DNA of 64,000 nucleotides from Patella caerulea (Eukaryota): NCBI GenBank assembly GCA_036850965.1, contig JAZGQO010000009.1, positions 353,610 to 417,609 of the forward strand, read 5' to 3'. Shown piece by piece: positions 53,886 to 63,996 of this stretch (position 1 is its first letter; each line of letters starts with the position of its first letter). The notes under the pieces were generated by a model. It saw only the letters and a program-made list of their open reading frames with translations, ran no database searches and was not told where the DNA came from. The position numbers and the translations under genes were made by a program.

Positions 53886-55363
53886 CACCCCATGGATCCG
53901 CGTCTGATTCTCATGCATTCAGAGGTTGGTGTTATTCGTGGCTGATGAAATAAACATATTTCGTTATCCGAGACTAAGCGTATGTTCATAGTATTCTACA
54001 AATGCACTATAAATTCTCCGAAACCTGTATTTTCTCACATTTTAGTATCTGTTCTAGCAATTGGCATCATTGTTTTTTTTTAAAAAATGTACCAATCTTA
54101 ATCTCCCATCAGAACCCCAGATACAATGTACTTAATACTGGGTTAACTAGTGGGCGTACTTCAACCGAGGGTGGCATTGCATACAAATGTTTGCTACGAC
54201 GAAACTTGCAAGAAAAATCGGTCAAGCAGGAATATGAAGACCCTTCCAACGGAAGTTCCAGATTATCAGAGTTTCGAGCTATATTGCGTAAGACGTTGGC
54301 TCGCTAACCTGGGGGTTCTAGCTTCAATCTCGGTATTGTCCGAGAAAGTTAATCTTCACGTTCCGACATCGTTTATTCCTGTCAGTGGTGCAAAGCTGGG
54401 GACCTGACAAGTAACAATGTCTTATCTTTCGAATGCGACTAAAACTGGCATGCGATGAAGCAAGAATGTAGAACATTGAACTGCATTCATTTCATGCCGA
54501 GCTATATTATTGCCACCTTGCTCTTTTCAACAACAGAACGCCAACGTTAATCTGTTTATCATCGTCAATCTGTTTTCTATTTCATTCACGTTCGTCCATC
54601 TAAAGTGTTGTAAGACATATTAATTGAAGGAACATCAGTCGACTCGCATGTCAAACACATTCAATCCACAACAGCCTTCATCTGACTGCTCTAATAACAT
54701 TCCGGTGAATCGCGGTTAACTTACTTACAGCTAATCTCATTATGTGAAAACCAACTGACTTGAAGACTTCTTTCATGCGAAAATTAAAGTGAAATTTAAA
54801 AAAAAAACATACTTTCACGTTCATTCTGCTTCGTTAAATCTTTAAAAATCAATTTAAAAACATTTTCAAGGGATTCTTCTTTGCTTAAAGTAATTATCCT
54901 GCTACTGTGCTCCGTCTTCTACGGGCTAAATTACAATGAAAGTAAGTATAGATTAAATTAGTAACGGAGTTCAACGAACAAATTTTTCTAAGTTAAATTT
55001 TCTACGTTTTTATCAGACTGCGCCAAACCGGTTTACGACAGATCATTTAGATAACCAATTTGTACAGCGTATTCATGGTTTCTTCTATAAATGAATGAAA
55101 TAGAATGGGGTTTAACGTCCTACTTCACTATACCAACCGAAATGATGAAGATCCACATACGCCATGGAATGTGCATTGGGAGAAAACGTACACACAGGAC
55201 CACAATCTTTCGTCCTAACAGAACTACTAGACGCTGGATGAACCGTACCATGACCCCCGCCCTGTTCCACTGACAATCGGAAACCACGCTGTAAATCCCG
55301 TGGAACTTTCACAGATTCACATGTTTGCAGTAATGCATAATATGAACCCAAAATGCCCAGAAA

Positions 55364-56888
55364 GATATACTATTCAAAAAAAGTAGGGGATATTTGATTT
55401 TTAAGTGTTATTAAAGTCACCTAATGAAACTGACGCAGAAACAAATGACAAAATGAAATGAAGTTCACATTCATCCATTTATTCCAAAAGATCGTTAGAC
55501 TAAGTAAGCCACAGACTGACCATTATAAGGGTAAAATGATACCCGGGGTCAAACAGCAAAGTTACCACAGCATCACAACAAAGTCAGTAACGGGTAAATC
55601 CTCCTCTGTTTGCCAAACAAGCATTGATCCGACGTGGCATACACCTAATGAGACGTCTAAGGTCATTTTGGTCCAGATTTTCCCATTCCTGTTGCAACGC
55701 AGCAGCAAGTTCTTGGACATTGGCAGGACGTTGTTGACGTTGACGTAACCTCTATTCAAGCATGTCCCAGACATGCTCGATGGGGGAGAGGTCGGGACTC
55801 AGTGCTGGCCAAGGTAATGTGGTGATGTTCTGCTGTTGGAGGTAACCTGTAACGATCCTGGCCCTGTGACATCTTGCGTTGTCATCCTGGAAGATGAAAC
55901 GGCGGCCATGACGTCGTGCGAACCGCACAACATGAACTGCCAAGATGTGGACCGGTAGTACTGGCCTGTAACACGCCCTGCAACAACATGTAAAGCCGTT
56001 CTTCCAGCAACAGTGATGCCTCCCCACACCATAACAGAACCACCCCCAAATCGATCATGTCTGATGACGTTAACGTCATGGAAGCGCTCGTTTCGACGAC
56101 GCCACACCCTCTTACGTCTGTCCAAAAAATCAACAGTGAACCTTGACTCATCTGAAAATATCACATTGCTCCAGCGTCGATTATCCCAGTGTTGACGATC
56201 CCTACACCAACGACGTCTTGCCTGAATGTGATGATCTCTCGAACAAGGGATCACGCGAGGACGTCGGGCGCGAAGGTGACCCCTATGCAGTCGATTCCGA
56301 ATCGTCTGGCCACTCACTCTCACACCAGTGTCTGTTTGAAGACGAGCGCTGATCTGATTTGCTGTGATGACACGATTTCTCAAGGATAAATCGATCCTGG
56401 GCTTGAGTTGTCGCCCTTGGTCGACCTGAGCTTGGTCTGTCCTGTACAGATTGTGTATCACGGTATCTGGACCATAGCCTGCTTATGACAGACTGAGAAA
56501 CATTCATCGTCCGCGCCACAACCGCCTGTGTTGTGCCGATCTGTAGCATGCCAAGGGCACGTAACCTTTCATTTTGGGTAAGCCGACGCATATCAAAATT
56601 TGTTTTCTGGTCACTAAAACAATTAAACTGATGTTTCCACCCTGGAATTCAATGCCACAATCACTGTAACATTCAAAGTCAGAGTCGTGCAAATCTTGGG
56701 TTGGACCCCCATGATGATCCCAAGCATCACCTGCATTCCAGGCACCTGTTGGTGCGTTTGGGCGTCACATTTAACTGGAACTGTTTCTTCTGTTAGGTTC
56801 TATAGTGAATTTTTTCGTAGTCATTTGCATATTTTAGTATTATGCCCCCAAAATCAAATATCCCCTACTTTTTTTTAATAGTATATTT
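55364..56888 (-). mobile_element. Tc1/mariner-like DNA transposon, near full length, transposase disrupted by frameshifts; approximately 37-bp TIRs
   Basis: TIR ATATACTATTCAAAAAAAGTAGGGGATATTTGATTTT at 55364-55400 matches the reverse complement of 56851-56888. The interior holds three overlapping minus-strand ORFs that together span a Tc1 transposase. Confidence 0.7.
55570..56591 (-). pseudogene. Tc1-family DDE transposase, frameshifted (pieces 56283-56591, 55799-56461, 55752-56027 and 55562-55774)
   Basis: N-terminal HTH (LTQNERLRALGMLQIGTTQAVVARTMNVSQSVISRLW). Catalytic region FSDESRF ... GGGSVMVWGGI ... FQDDNARCH ... SPDLSPIEHVWD, which are the Tc1 DD(34)E signatures. Confidence 0.8.
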
Positions 56889-57456
56889 GTGCTCTATAAC
56901 GCTGCAAGCTACATACAGTATGGTCGTATCTTTGTTAGTTATCCATATGACGTTAATGGATGACAAGGGCACGTCATTATTATCCATCACACGTTCACTG
57001 ATTATAAGAAAGGTTATATGGTTGAATGATTAGTTCCCGTGATGTTTAAAGTAAACAACCAATTTAATTTCCTGATGCATTAGATCTGACACAAGGGGTC
57101 ACGGCTCAAACCACCACAGTAAAATCCATCAAAATGCCATTTTCAGAGTGTTGTTTCCGAACAACGGCCTATAATTAGTAAGGTTTACCGGTACTTGTCC
57201 CACAAAACTATACATTTTCCGTTGAAATCTATGCGAGTCTAGCAATTTTTAACGTGGATTATCAAAAAACCCCAATCGATGTCCGAATCGGATAATTTCG
57301 AGAATCTCTAGTTCCAAATTAATGTCCAATTTAATGTCCAATGGACAAACATTAATGTCTCGACCACATAATACGTCTACCATTTCAAGACAAAGATGAG
57401 GTTATGTGGTACAATGCGAGGAATGAAAATTTTGCCGTATTACATCATATAGACTA

Positions 57457-57913
57457 TGTAACACTACAGATAACAGACCATCAGCATAGGTTGTAGATCT
57501 TTTATTGAGAACATGGAATAGACATAGATCGGAAGGAGCTCTATTCAATTCTGACTTACTGTCAGTTAATTCTGGCTTTATAAAGCATACAGCCATTAAG
57601 AATAATGATACATGACAGATTAACTTATTTGGAATTGAGAGTATAGTTTCTATAACTGCACTGCATCTTCCCTTTAATGTCGCGAAGTTCTGCCGAGTGT
57701 TAAACACATAGATCATGTAGGTTATAAATAACATATAAATAAATAAGATATTTAATGAGATCGTGCCTTTTGTCAAAACGAGCAGAGGTCATTCGTGTGT
57801 TGCCCGTAAATAACATATTGAACAGATTAGCAGAAGTTGTATATAGCTGAAAACGTCAAATATAATATAATGTCAAATCTAGCAAAGTTCTATGTAAAAA
57901 TAACTTTGTCACA
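57457..57913 (-). repeat. 3' LTR of the env-bearing element (about 457 bp; TGTGACAAAG...GTGTTACA in element orientation)
   Basis: Reverse complement is homologous throughout to the LTRs at 2126-2572 and 5110-5556 (e.g. TGTTCAATATGTTATTTACGG.C.ACACACGAATG.CCTCTGCTCGTTTT.ACAAAAGGCACGATCTCATTAAATAT; CTCAATAAA..TCTA.CAAC.TATGCTGAT..TCTGTTATCTGTA..GTGTTACA). Preceded by polypurine tract GGTGATGAAGGAA (reverse complement of 57915-57927). Confidence 0.75.
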
Positions 57914-57956
57914 TTCCTTCATCACCCATGAGTTATGTACCAAAAGGACATAACAA

Positions 57957-58075
57957 ACACAATTGAAAACGTCCAATATAATATAATGTCAAATCTAGCA
58001 AAGTTCCATATCACTTTGTCACATTCCTTCATCACCCATGAGTTATGTACCAAAAGGACATAACAAACACCATTC
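57957..58075 (-). repeat. tandem duplication of the polypurine-tract/U3-start junction (second polypurine tract plus first approximately 57 bp of LTR)
   Basis: Bases 57840-57955 and about 57957-58075 are direct near-copies; each contains CATGGGTGATGAAGGAA|TGTGACAAAGT. CTTTGTCACA occurs at 57905-57913 and 58018-58026. Confidence 0.6.
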
Positions 58076-58406
58076 TCACAGGTGGGACACTGTTTCCATC
58101 TGTATACATTGATGTTTCACACAATAAAATTACATTACACACGAATTAGGAAGAGCACACGCGATATAACACAGCAAACCTGATATAACAACAGTACGCA
58201 TGAAATAATAAAAGTACATATGATAAACTTAGAACACACGCGATTATATATATATATATATATATTTATATTACAAGTCCGGAACAACCTTGGTCCTAGA
58301 AGTTTTTGTAGGACGATACCATTCTAAGTGTACACTTCCTGTTACCATTAAATTTGGTACTGACATCATAATATTTAATTTTCCACTGGCATCCTTCTTG
58401 ATAAAC

Positions 58407-60350
58407 TTATGACAAAGTTAATGTCACAGGATTATGTCGTAGTGCTGGTGTGGAATCATCTGTTCCAGCGAACGTATTTCCGTCCTCGGTCTCCGCCGAC
58501 ACCATCTCCTTATGAGCAGCATACGTTGCCCTGACTCTGTCATTTTCGAATTTCTTGGCTAATTTTCCTTGACGAATTTGAAAGTATCGTACCAAAAGAT
58601 AAGTAACGACACTAATAGTTAAAATGAGCCCAATAATACTTAATACAGAATTTGTGTGAGGCCATGGCTTGTCTACAACTTTAAGAGGTGTGAGTTCTTT
58701 GATAAATTTCTTAATAGGTATTTCTTTTAGGGTAGGGGGAAGTTCAGGAATTTCAAGATTTGGAAATGCTACAGATAAAGGTTTCCACAAGGAAAGACTT
58801 GAAATATTAAAATGAGTATTAATGTTTTGAAAGGTATTTTGGATATGAAAAGTGCTTTCTCGATTATAAATTGGTAAAAGAGAAATATATTCATTTGATG
58901 CCGAACAAGACATATTTAACTTTAGGATATCAATAGGTGGCTTTGCAGTAATGGATAACGTTGAGGTTGAATATTTTTTTTGATTACAAACAAGTGAAAA
59001 ACGTAATAAATTTTGAGTGGATACGGCCCAATAACCATCGGTTAGATATTCAGCTAAAGGCAAAATTATTGTAGGTTGAACATTTACGGTACACACGTCT
59101 TTACTCAATTTTGTGTTTTGCATAAACAAAGCGATTACACATAATTTACTTAAATTAATGGGATACAGTGGACTTTTGATAGAACAAGTTTTTACAAGCC
59201 GATTGGTACAGACTTCAACTTCGGATTCGGTGAGAAGTACATATTGTGTTCTTTCCGAATTAACTGCAAACATTTGACTTTCTAGTTGATACTTCGCTAC
59301 TAATCCGGAAGTATGGGGTGTTTTGGCATGAACGTATTTGGTTTGCATAGGTGCAGGTAAATTATGAGCATAAAATATTTCAAGTTTTTTAGTTGAATCC
59401 AAAAGTGGAATGGTTAAAATGACGTAAATTTTGTCCACATCTAATTTAGTAGAACACGTTAAAAATTTATAATAATGCCAAAGTTTCAATGAGGGATCCG
59501 CCGAAAGGTGTACTGTACTTGGCAGTTGAGATCGAATCTCAAGGAGTAACGATTTAAGATCAGCCGGTTTAAGTACACTTGGAGAGAGGTGACCTAACGA
59601 TAACATATTGAGTTGATCATTGAAATACTCTACATATCTTAAACATTGTAAAGTTAAATGTTTTAATTCATCTAAAATGAACTTAAGTTTGTAGTCAAGC
59701 GAAAGAAAATTTTTAATTAATGTAACTTCGTTTGTTAAATTGGCCACTAAACCTTGGAATTGTAATTCAAATTGTTTTAAATTTAAAATTAGCGAGTTAA
59801 TAGATTCCCTATTTTTGGAAATTTCAATACGAGAAACATTTAATATTGATAAGCTTTGATCTACCACATGGATAATACTTTCCTGATTTTTATATAATTT
59901 TTTAACATTATGTTTGATAGTATTAAATTCTGATTGGGAAACAGTGCCAAATAAATAACTCAAAGCTTTGCCTACTATTGGTAAAATTGCGCGACGAGGC
60001 CTTGTACTTGCTATCAGCTTATATTCACCTGCTTTTGTTCTAAGTTCTGTATATAAAGATTGTATATCCTGAATATCTTGCAAACGATTAGCAAATAAAC
60101 TAGCATAGTCCATATTGGTTTGTTGCTTAATATATTTAGAAATTATCTGATGGGCAGTAGCAATTCCCTTCTTTTTATCTCGACTTAACGAGGAAATAAA
60201 TGTATTATAAGGCTTTAAATCAATAACAAAAGAGACAAGCCAACGAGATCTCGATGTACTAAATTCACTTATTTGTCGAAAGACAACATTTTCACGAATA
60301 AGGAAAGAATTATTACCGCCAAGAAAAATGAAAATGAGTGAGAGTTTCAT
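58407..60350 (-). CDS. env: env-like class I fusion glycoprotein (baculovirus F / errantivirus Env architecture), 647 aa, intact
   Basis: N-terminal hydrophobic signal (MKLSLIFIFLGG). Furin-type site RPRR followed directly by hydrophobic fusion-peptide-like AILPIVGKALSYLFG. Long heptad/coiled-coil region (LILNLKQFELQFQGLVANLTNEV...). Multiple N-x-S/T sites and paired Cys. C-terminal TM VLSIIGLILTISVVTYLLV plus an approximately 50-aa tail. Located directly 3' of pol and 5' of the polypurine tract/LTR. Confidence 0.75.
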   Translation of the reverse strand: MKLSLIFIFLGGNNSFLIRENVVFRQISEFSTSRSRWLVSFVIDLKPYNTFISSLSRDKKKGIATAHQIISKYIKQQTNMDYASLFANRLQDIQDIQSLYTELRTKAGEYKLIASTRPRRAILPIVGKALSYLFGTVSQSEFNTIKHNVKKLYKNQESIIHVVDQSLSILNVSRIEISKNRESINSLILNLKQFELQFQGLVANLTNEVTLIKNFLSLDYKLKFILDELKHLTLQCLRYVEYFNDQLNMLSLGHLSPSVLKPADLKSLLLEIRSQLPSTVHLSADPSLKLWHYYKFLTCSTKLDVDKIYVILTIPLLDSTKKLEIFYAHNLPAPMQTKYVHAKTPHTSGLVAKYQLESQMFAVNSERTQYVLLTESEVEVCTNRLVKTCSIKSPLYPINLSKLCVIALFMQNTKLSKDVCTVNVQPTIILPLAEYLTDGYWAVSTQNLLRFSLVCNQKKYSTSTLSITAKPPIDILKLNMSCSASNEYISLLPIYNRESTFHIQNTFQNINTHFNISSLSLWKPLSVAFPNLEIPELPPTLKEIPIKKFIKELTPLKVVDKPWPHTNSVLSIIGLILTISVVTYLLVRYFQIRQGKLAKKFENDRVRATYAAHKEMVSAETEDGNTFAGTDDSTPALRHNPVTLTLS

Positions 60351-60432
60351 CTTAATCCTTCAAATAAAAAATACCGCAAAATAAAATATAAAAAAAAAAT
60401 TCTAATATATATACAAGGAAAACATTTGAAGC

Positions 60433-61146
60433 TTACTTAATCATGCCAATTATACTCGTAAGTAATTGTTTTAAATTAGCATTAGGATCATTATGGGTAT
60501 TCGAATTAGTTATCGCAATATCAACAGCATCAACGTCCATGCTTTCTTGAACGTAATTATCAACACATGGCTCGAGCTTATCATCACGGCACGTTTCTAA
60601 TTGATCATCAATGTATGTTTCGGATTTCTCATCAGACGTGTGAGGCACATATGTTTTAGATGCAATCCGATCTTTGTTTCGAAGGCGTTTGGCTAATTCC
60701 ATGAGCGGAATATCGTCCTCGTCAGAGGAATCGTCACGTTCACGTCTATATTGGTCAGTGATATCAAAGGGTGTAGGGTCAAGATCGTTTACATGGTCCA
60801 TATCATCATCTGAAGAATCGTCAGGTGGAACAACATAATTAGCTTGCCTTAACTTTGGAATATTATCAGTTGGGATGTCCCAGTTATCTAAATTGGCTAG
60901 ACGCAAATGTTCAGCATGTGATTTTGTTGTTGAGCCATCTAATTGATTTTTAACAATGAAAGACAGAGGACCTGTTTTTGTGATAATTCTATAAAAAGGT
61001 TTCCATTTGGATTGAAGTTTACTTTTACGTAAATGATTTTTGATATAAACGGGGTCTCCAACCTCAAAAGCAATGGCTTTACTATTTTTATCCGCATAGT
61101 GAGCCTGGCGACGTTTAGCTTTTTTAAGGTTTTTATGGACTAACAA
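60433..61146 (-). CDS. pol: integrase C-terminal domain plus acidic tail; same reading frame as pol, separated only by the TGA at 61195-61197 (the 16 intervening codons have no stop)
   Basis: Codon phase is identical to the 933-aa ORF (both ORF upper ends at positions divisible by 3). Contains AIAFEVGDPVYIKN, typical of the gypsy integrase C-terminal (GPY/F-like) module, then a serine/aspartate-rich tail. Confidence 0.7.
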   Translation of the reverse strand: MLVHKNLKKAKRRQAHYADKNSKAIAFEVGDPVYIKNHLRKSKLQSKWKPFYRIITKTGPLSFIVKNQLDGSTTKSHAEHLRLANLDNWDIPTDNIPKLRQANYVVPPDDSSDDDMDHVNDLDPTPFDITDQYRRERDDSSDEDDIPLMELAKRLRNKDRIASKTYVPHTSDEKSETYIDDQLETCRDDKLEPCVDNYVQESMDVDAVDIAITNSNTHNDPNANLKQLLTSIIGMIK

Positions 61147-61194
61147 AAATGCTTTATGCTGATTTTCAAGAGCAATTTGATGGAATTCTTCACC

Positions 61195-63996
61195 TCAATA
61201 TTTCCGTCGTGGTTTCAGCAAATTATCAATAGGCAAAACTACATCTCTTGTATATAATAAATAAAATGGTGAAAATTTTGAAGATTCACAAATATTAAAC
61301 CTAATAGCTGCCAATGTTTGGTTTAAATATAAATCCCATGTATTTAAATTATCTTCTAACTTTTTTGAAAGGACGCTAACCATCGTTTGATGGAATCTTT
61401 CAACACGGCTGTTCGATTGGGGCCGGTAATATGATGTTGTTATATGGTGAATATTTAAAGCAGTTAATGTTTGATGCATAGTGCGATTTTCATTTTCGCT
61501 CCCATTATCCGTAACTAATTGTAACGGTGTGCCATATCTAGGAAAGATTTCGTCAATTAATAAATGAGCTACGTTATCAGCACTTTTATCCTTGACCGCA
61601 TATGCCTCGGGCCACCCACTATACCAGTCAACAAATGATATGATGTATTTATTACCCGAGAGTGATAATGGGTATGGTCCAGACAAATCAAGTGAAACTT
61701 TAGCAAAGGGGTATGGTGGGATATCGGTTTCTTGTAATGGAGGTTTAATTTTCTTTGATGAACGCTTTTGACATGTTACGCATCTGGACACATACTGATA
61801 AATGTGTTTATATAAATTAGGCCAATAATACTTTTCTTTGATAAAACTGTAAGTTTTATCTATACCTAAATGAAACATGTCATGATATTCCTTAATTACA
61901 TCAGATCGTAAATGATCTGGTACAAATAACCTCGGAGTCGGTTCATCATTAGGATCAGAAATGTAATGTAAGACATCCTGCATTAATAAGTATTTATTAT
62001 TACTTGCACATGGTTTATTACTTCTTAACTGTGCAATGATATTGACAATATCCTTATCTTTAACCTGTTCTTCAATCATGTTATAACCCTCTAAAGTAGG
62101 TGGTTTAACGGTATTATCGTTATTACCTAAATCGACCGTGCACTTTGCAAATTCCCGTGGTTCAAACTGATTCGAATTTATGGCGTTGATTTCTAGTGTA
62201 TTATCGTTTACTTCTGAATTAAGCAGTTCTTCCTCCTGAAATTGAGTCGGCATTCGACTAAGAAAATCAGCGATAACATTTTGTTTACCCGATAAATATT
62301 CAATCTTACAGTTATAAGCACTTATGGTTAAAGACCACATTTCAAGTTTTTTATTATTCATCGGTGAATCAAGTAAATATTTTAAAGGTTTGTGATCAGT
62401 ACGTATAATAAATTCTGCGTCATGTAAATAGAAATCTAACTTTTGTAATGCATAATGGATAGCATAACATTCTTTTTCAATAGTTGACCAACGACTTTGT
62501 GTATTACTAAGTGTATGAGACAGCATATAAACTGGCAATTCTTCTTCTATGCCTTTAGAATTACGTTTAGTTTGACAAAGATAAGCCCCCACGGAGAAAT
62601 TACTCGCGTCCGTATACAGAATATACGGTTTGTTTGGATTAGGGTACGATAACATTGGTATTTGAACTAATGTTTGTTTTAAGGCATGAAATGAATTTTC
62701 ACATTGAAGAGTCCATTCGAATTTTGCATTCTTGCGGGTTAAAGCAATCAATGGTTCAGCAAGTTTGGAAAAATTAGAAAAATAACGACGATAATAAGAA
62801 CACATGCCAATGATAGATCGAACTTGTTTTACAGTTTGGGGCTGACTTATATTTTTGATCACACTGACTTTCTGGGGGTCGGGTTTAATGCCATTGGGCG
62901 TGATAACAAAACCTAGATAAGTTGTCTCAGTTTGGAGAAAACTACATTTCTTTAATTTCAATTTGAGCTTATGAACACGAATCCTGTCAAAAACTAAATT
63001 AATATGCTTAAAATGATCCTCTAAGGATGAAGAGAATATTAAAATATCATCTAAATATGCAATAGCAAATGTTTGCATATCACGAAGAACAATAGCCATT
63101 AATCCTTGAAAAAGTCCTGGGGCGTTGGCGATCCCAAAAGGCATAGTATTGAACTCGTAAAGCCCGCGATGACATGAAAATGCTGTTTTTTCTCTATCAG
63201 CTTTGTCCATTAACACTTGCCGATAGCCCGATTTCATATCCAATTTTGAAAAATACTGTTTGTCGTGCAATTGAGCTAAAATGTCGTCCACCAGGGGGAG
63301 GGGATATGATGAGAATTTAGTGATTTTATTTAATTTCCGGAAATCGACACAGAACCGTTTCGAACCATCTTTCTTGGAAACGATGACTATAGGAAATGAC
63401 CAAGGGGAACACGAAGGCCGAATAATATTGGCCTTAAGCATATCATCAATTGCTTGATCAACTACAGGTCGCTTATTAAGAGGTGTCCTATACGGCGGAA
63501 GTTTAATTGGGGGGTGTGATCCAGTATTAATCGTCATTTTAACTGTGTCAGTTTGACTAAGATCTAAATCTGTGGCTGCAAATAGGTCATTCTTACTGGA
63601 GATAAGATTATGTAATCGGTCTTTAAATTGTGCGGGTACATCAACATCATTGAGATTAACCGCCGGCGGCGTTTGGGCCGTATTTGTTTGAGAAATTTCA
63701 GTGAAAGCTATTAGTTTGCCTGAGGCAATATTTTCAATCCTACCAACAATACATCCCCTTTTAAGTTTAAACGTACGATTAGTGCTATTTGTTATCATAA
63801 GGGGAAATCTACGTCGCTTAGTCGCATTACTGACCCCATTACTAATTAACAACCCGGGTTGATTACTAATGAAGCCAAAATCCACAGGCGAAATGATAAC
63901 AGAATCGTCATGCATTAAATTAGCAACTGGTTTGGCGTTGACGAAACATAAATGAGACGTTTGAGGTTTAATAATTACCTGGTTAGCTATTCGCAC
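61195..63996 (-). CDS. pol: pol polyprotein (partial; N-terminus beyond window): reverse transcriptase, RNase H, integrase zinc-finger and DDE core
   Basis: 933-aa ORF. RT motifs FSKLDMKSGYRQV and YLDDILIFS (YxDD). RNase H YTDAS. Integrase HHCC-like H..H...CVTCQ zinc finger. DDE core (DLSGPY ... VTDNGSE). Ends ...KPRRKY then TGA at 61195-61197. Confidence 0.9.
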   Translation of the reverse strand: MRIANQVIIKPQTSHLCFVNAKPVANLMHDDSVIISPVDFGFISNQPGLLISNGVSNATKRRRFPLMITNSTNRTFKLKRGCIVGRIENIASGKLIAFTEISQTNTAQTPPAVNLNDVDVPAQFKDRLHNLISSKNDLFAATDLDLSQTDTVKMTINTGSHPPIKLPPYRTPLNKRPVVDQAIDDMLKANIIRPSCSPWSFPIVIVSKKDGSKRFCVDFRKLNKITKFSSYPLPLVDDILAQLHDKQYFSKLDMKSGYRQVLMDKADREKTAFSCHRGLYEFNTMPFGIANAPGLFQGLMAIVLRDMQTFAIAYLDDILIFSSSLEDHFKHINLVFDRIRVHKLKLKLKKCSFLQTETTYLGFVITPNGIKPDPQKVSVIKNISQPQTVKQVRSIIGMCSYYRRYFSNFSKLAEPLIALTRKNAKFEWTLQCENSFHALKQTLVQIPMLSYPNPNKPYILYTDASNFSVGAYLCQTKRNSKGIEEELPVYMLSHTLSNTQSRWSTIEKECYAIHYALQKLDFYLHDAEFIIRTDHKPLKYLLDSPMNNKKLEMWSLTISAYNCKIEYLSGKQNVIADFLSRMPTQFQEEELLNSEVNDNTLEINAINSNQFEPREFAKCTVDLGNNDNTVKPPTLEGYNMIEEQVKDKDIVNIIAQLRSNKPCASNNKYLLMQDVLHYISDPNDEPTPRLFVPDHLRSDVIKEYHDMFHLGIDKTYSFIKEKYYWPNLYKHIYQYVSRCVTCQKRSSKKIKPPLQETDIPPYPFAKVSLDLSGPYPLSLSGNKYIISFVDWYSGWPEAYAVKDKSADNVAHLLIDEIFPRYGTPLQLVTDNGSENENRTMHQTLTALNIHHITTSYYRPQSNSRVERFHQTMVSVLSKKLEDNLNTWDLYLNQTLAAIRFNICESSKFSPFYLLYTRDVVLPIDNLLKPRRKY

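Noticed and set aside
55364-56888. Canonical Tc1 termini (TA-CAGTG...) for the Tc1-like element
   Set aside because: I could only confirm an approximately 37-bp inverted match (ATATACTATT.AAAAAAAGTAGGGGATATTTGATTTT). The outer ends diverge with no clear TA-CAGT motif, so the exact boundaries and TSD are left uncertain.
57402-57776. 124-aa minus-strand ORF
   Set aside because: Lies within the 3' LTR of the provirus (homologous to the non-coding LTR at 2126-2572). An LTR-internal spurious ORF.
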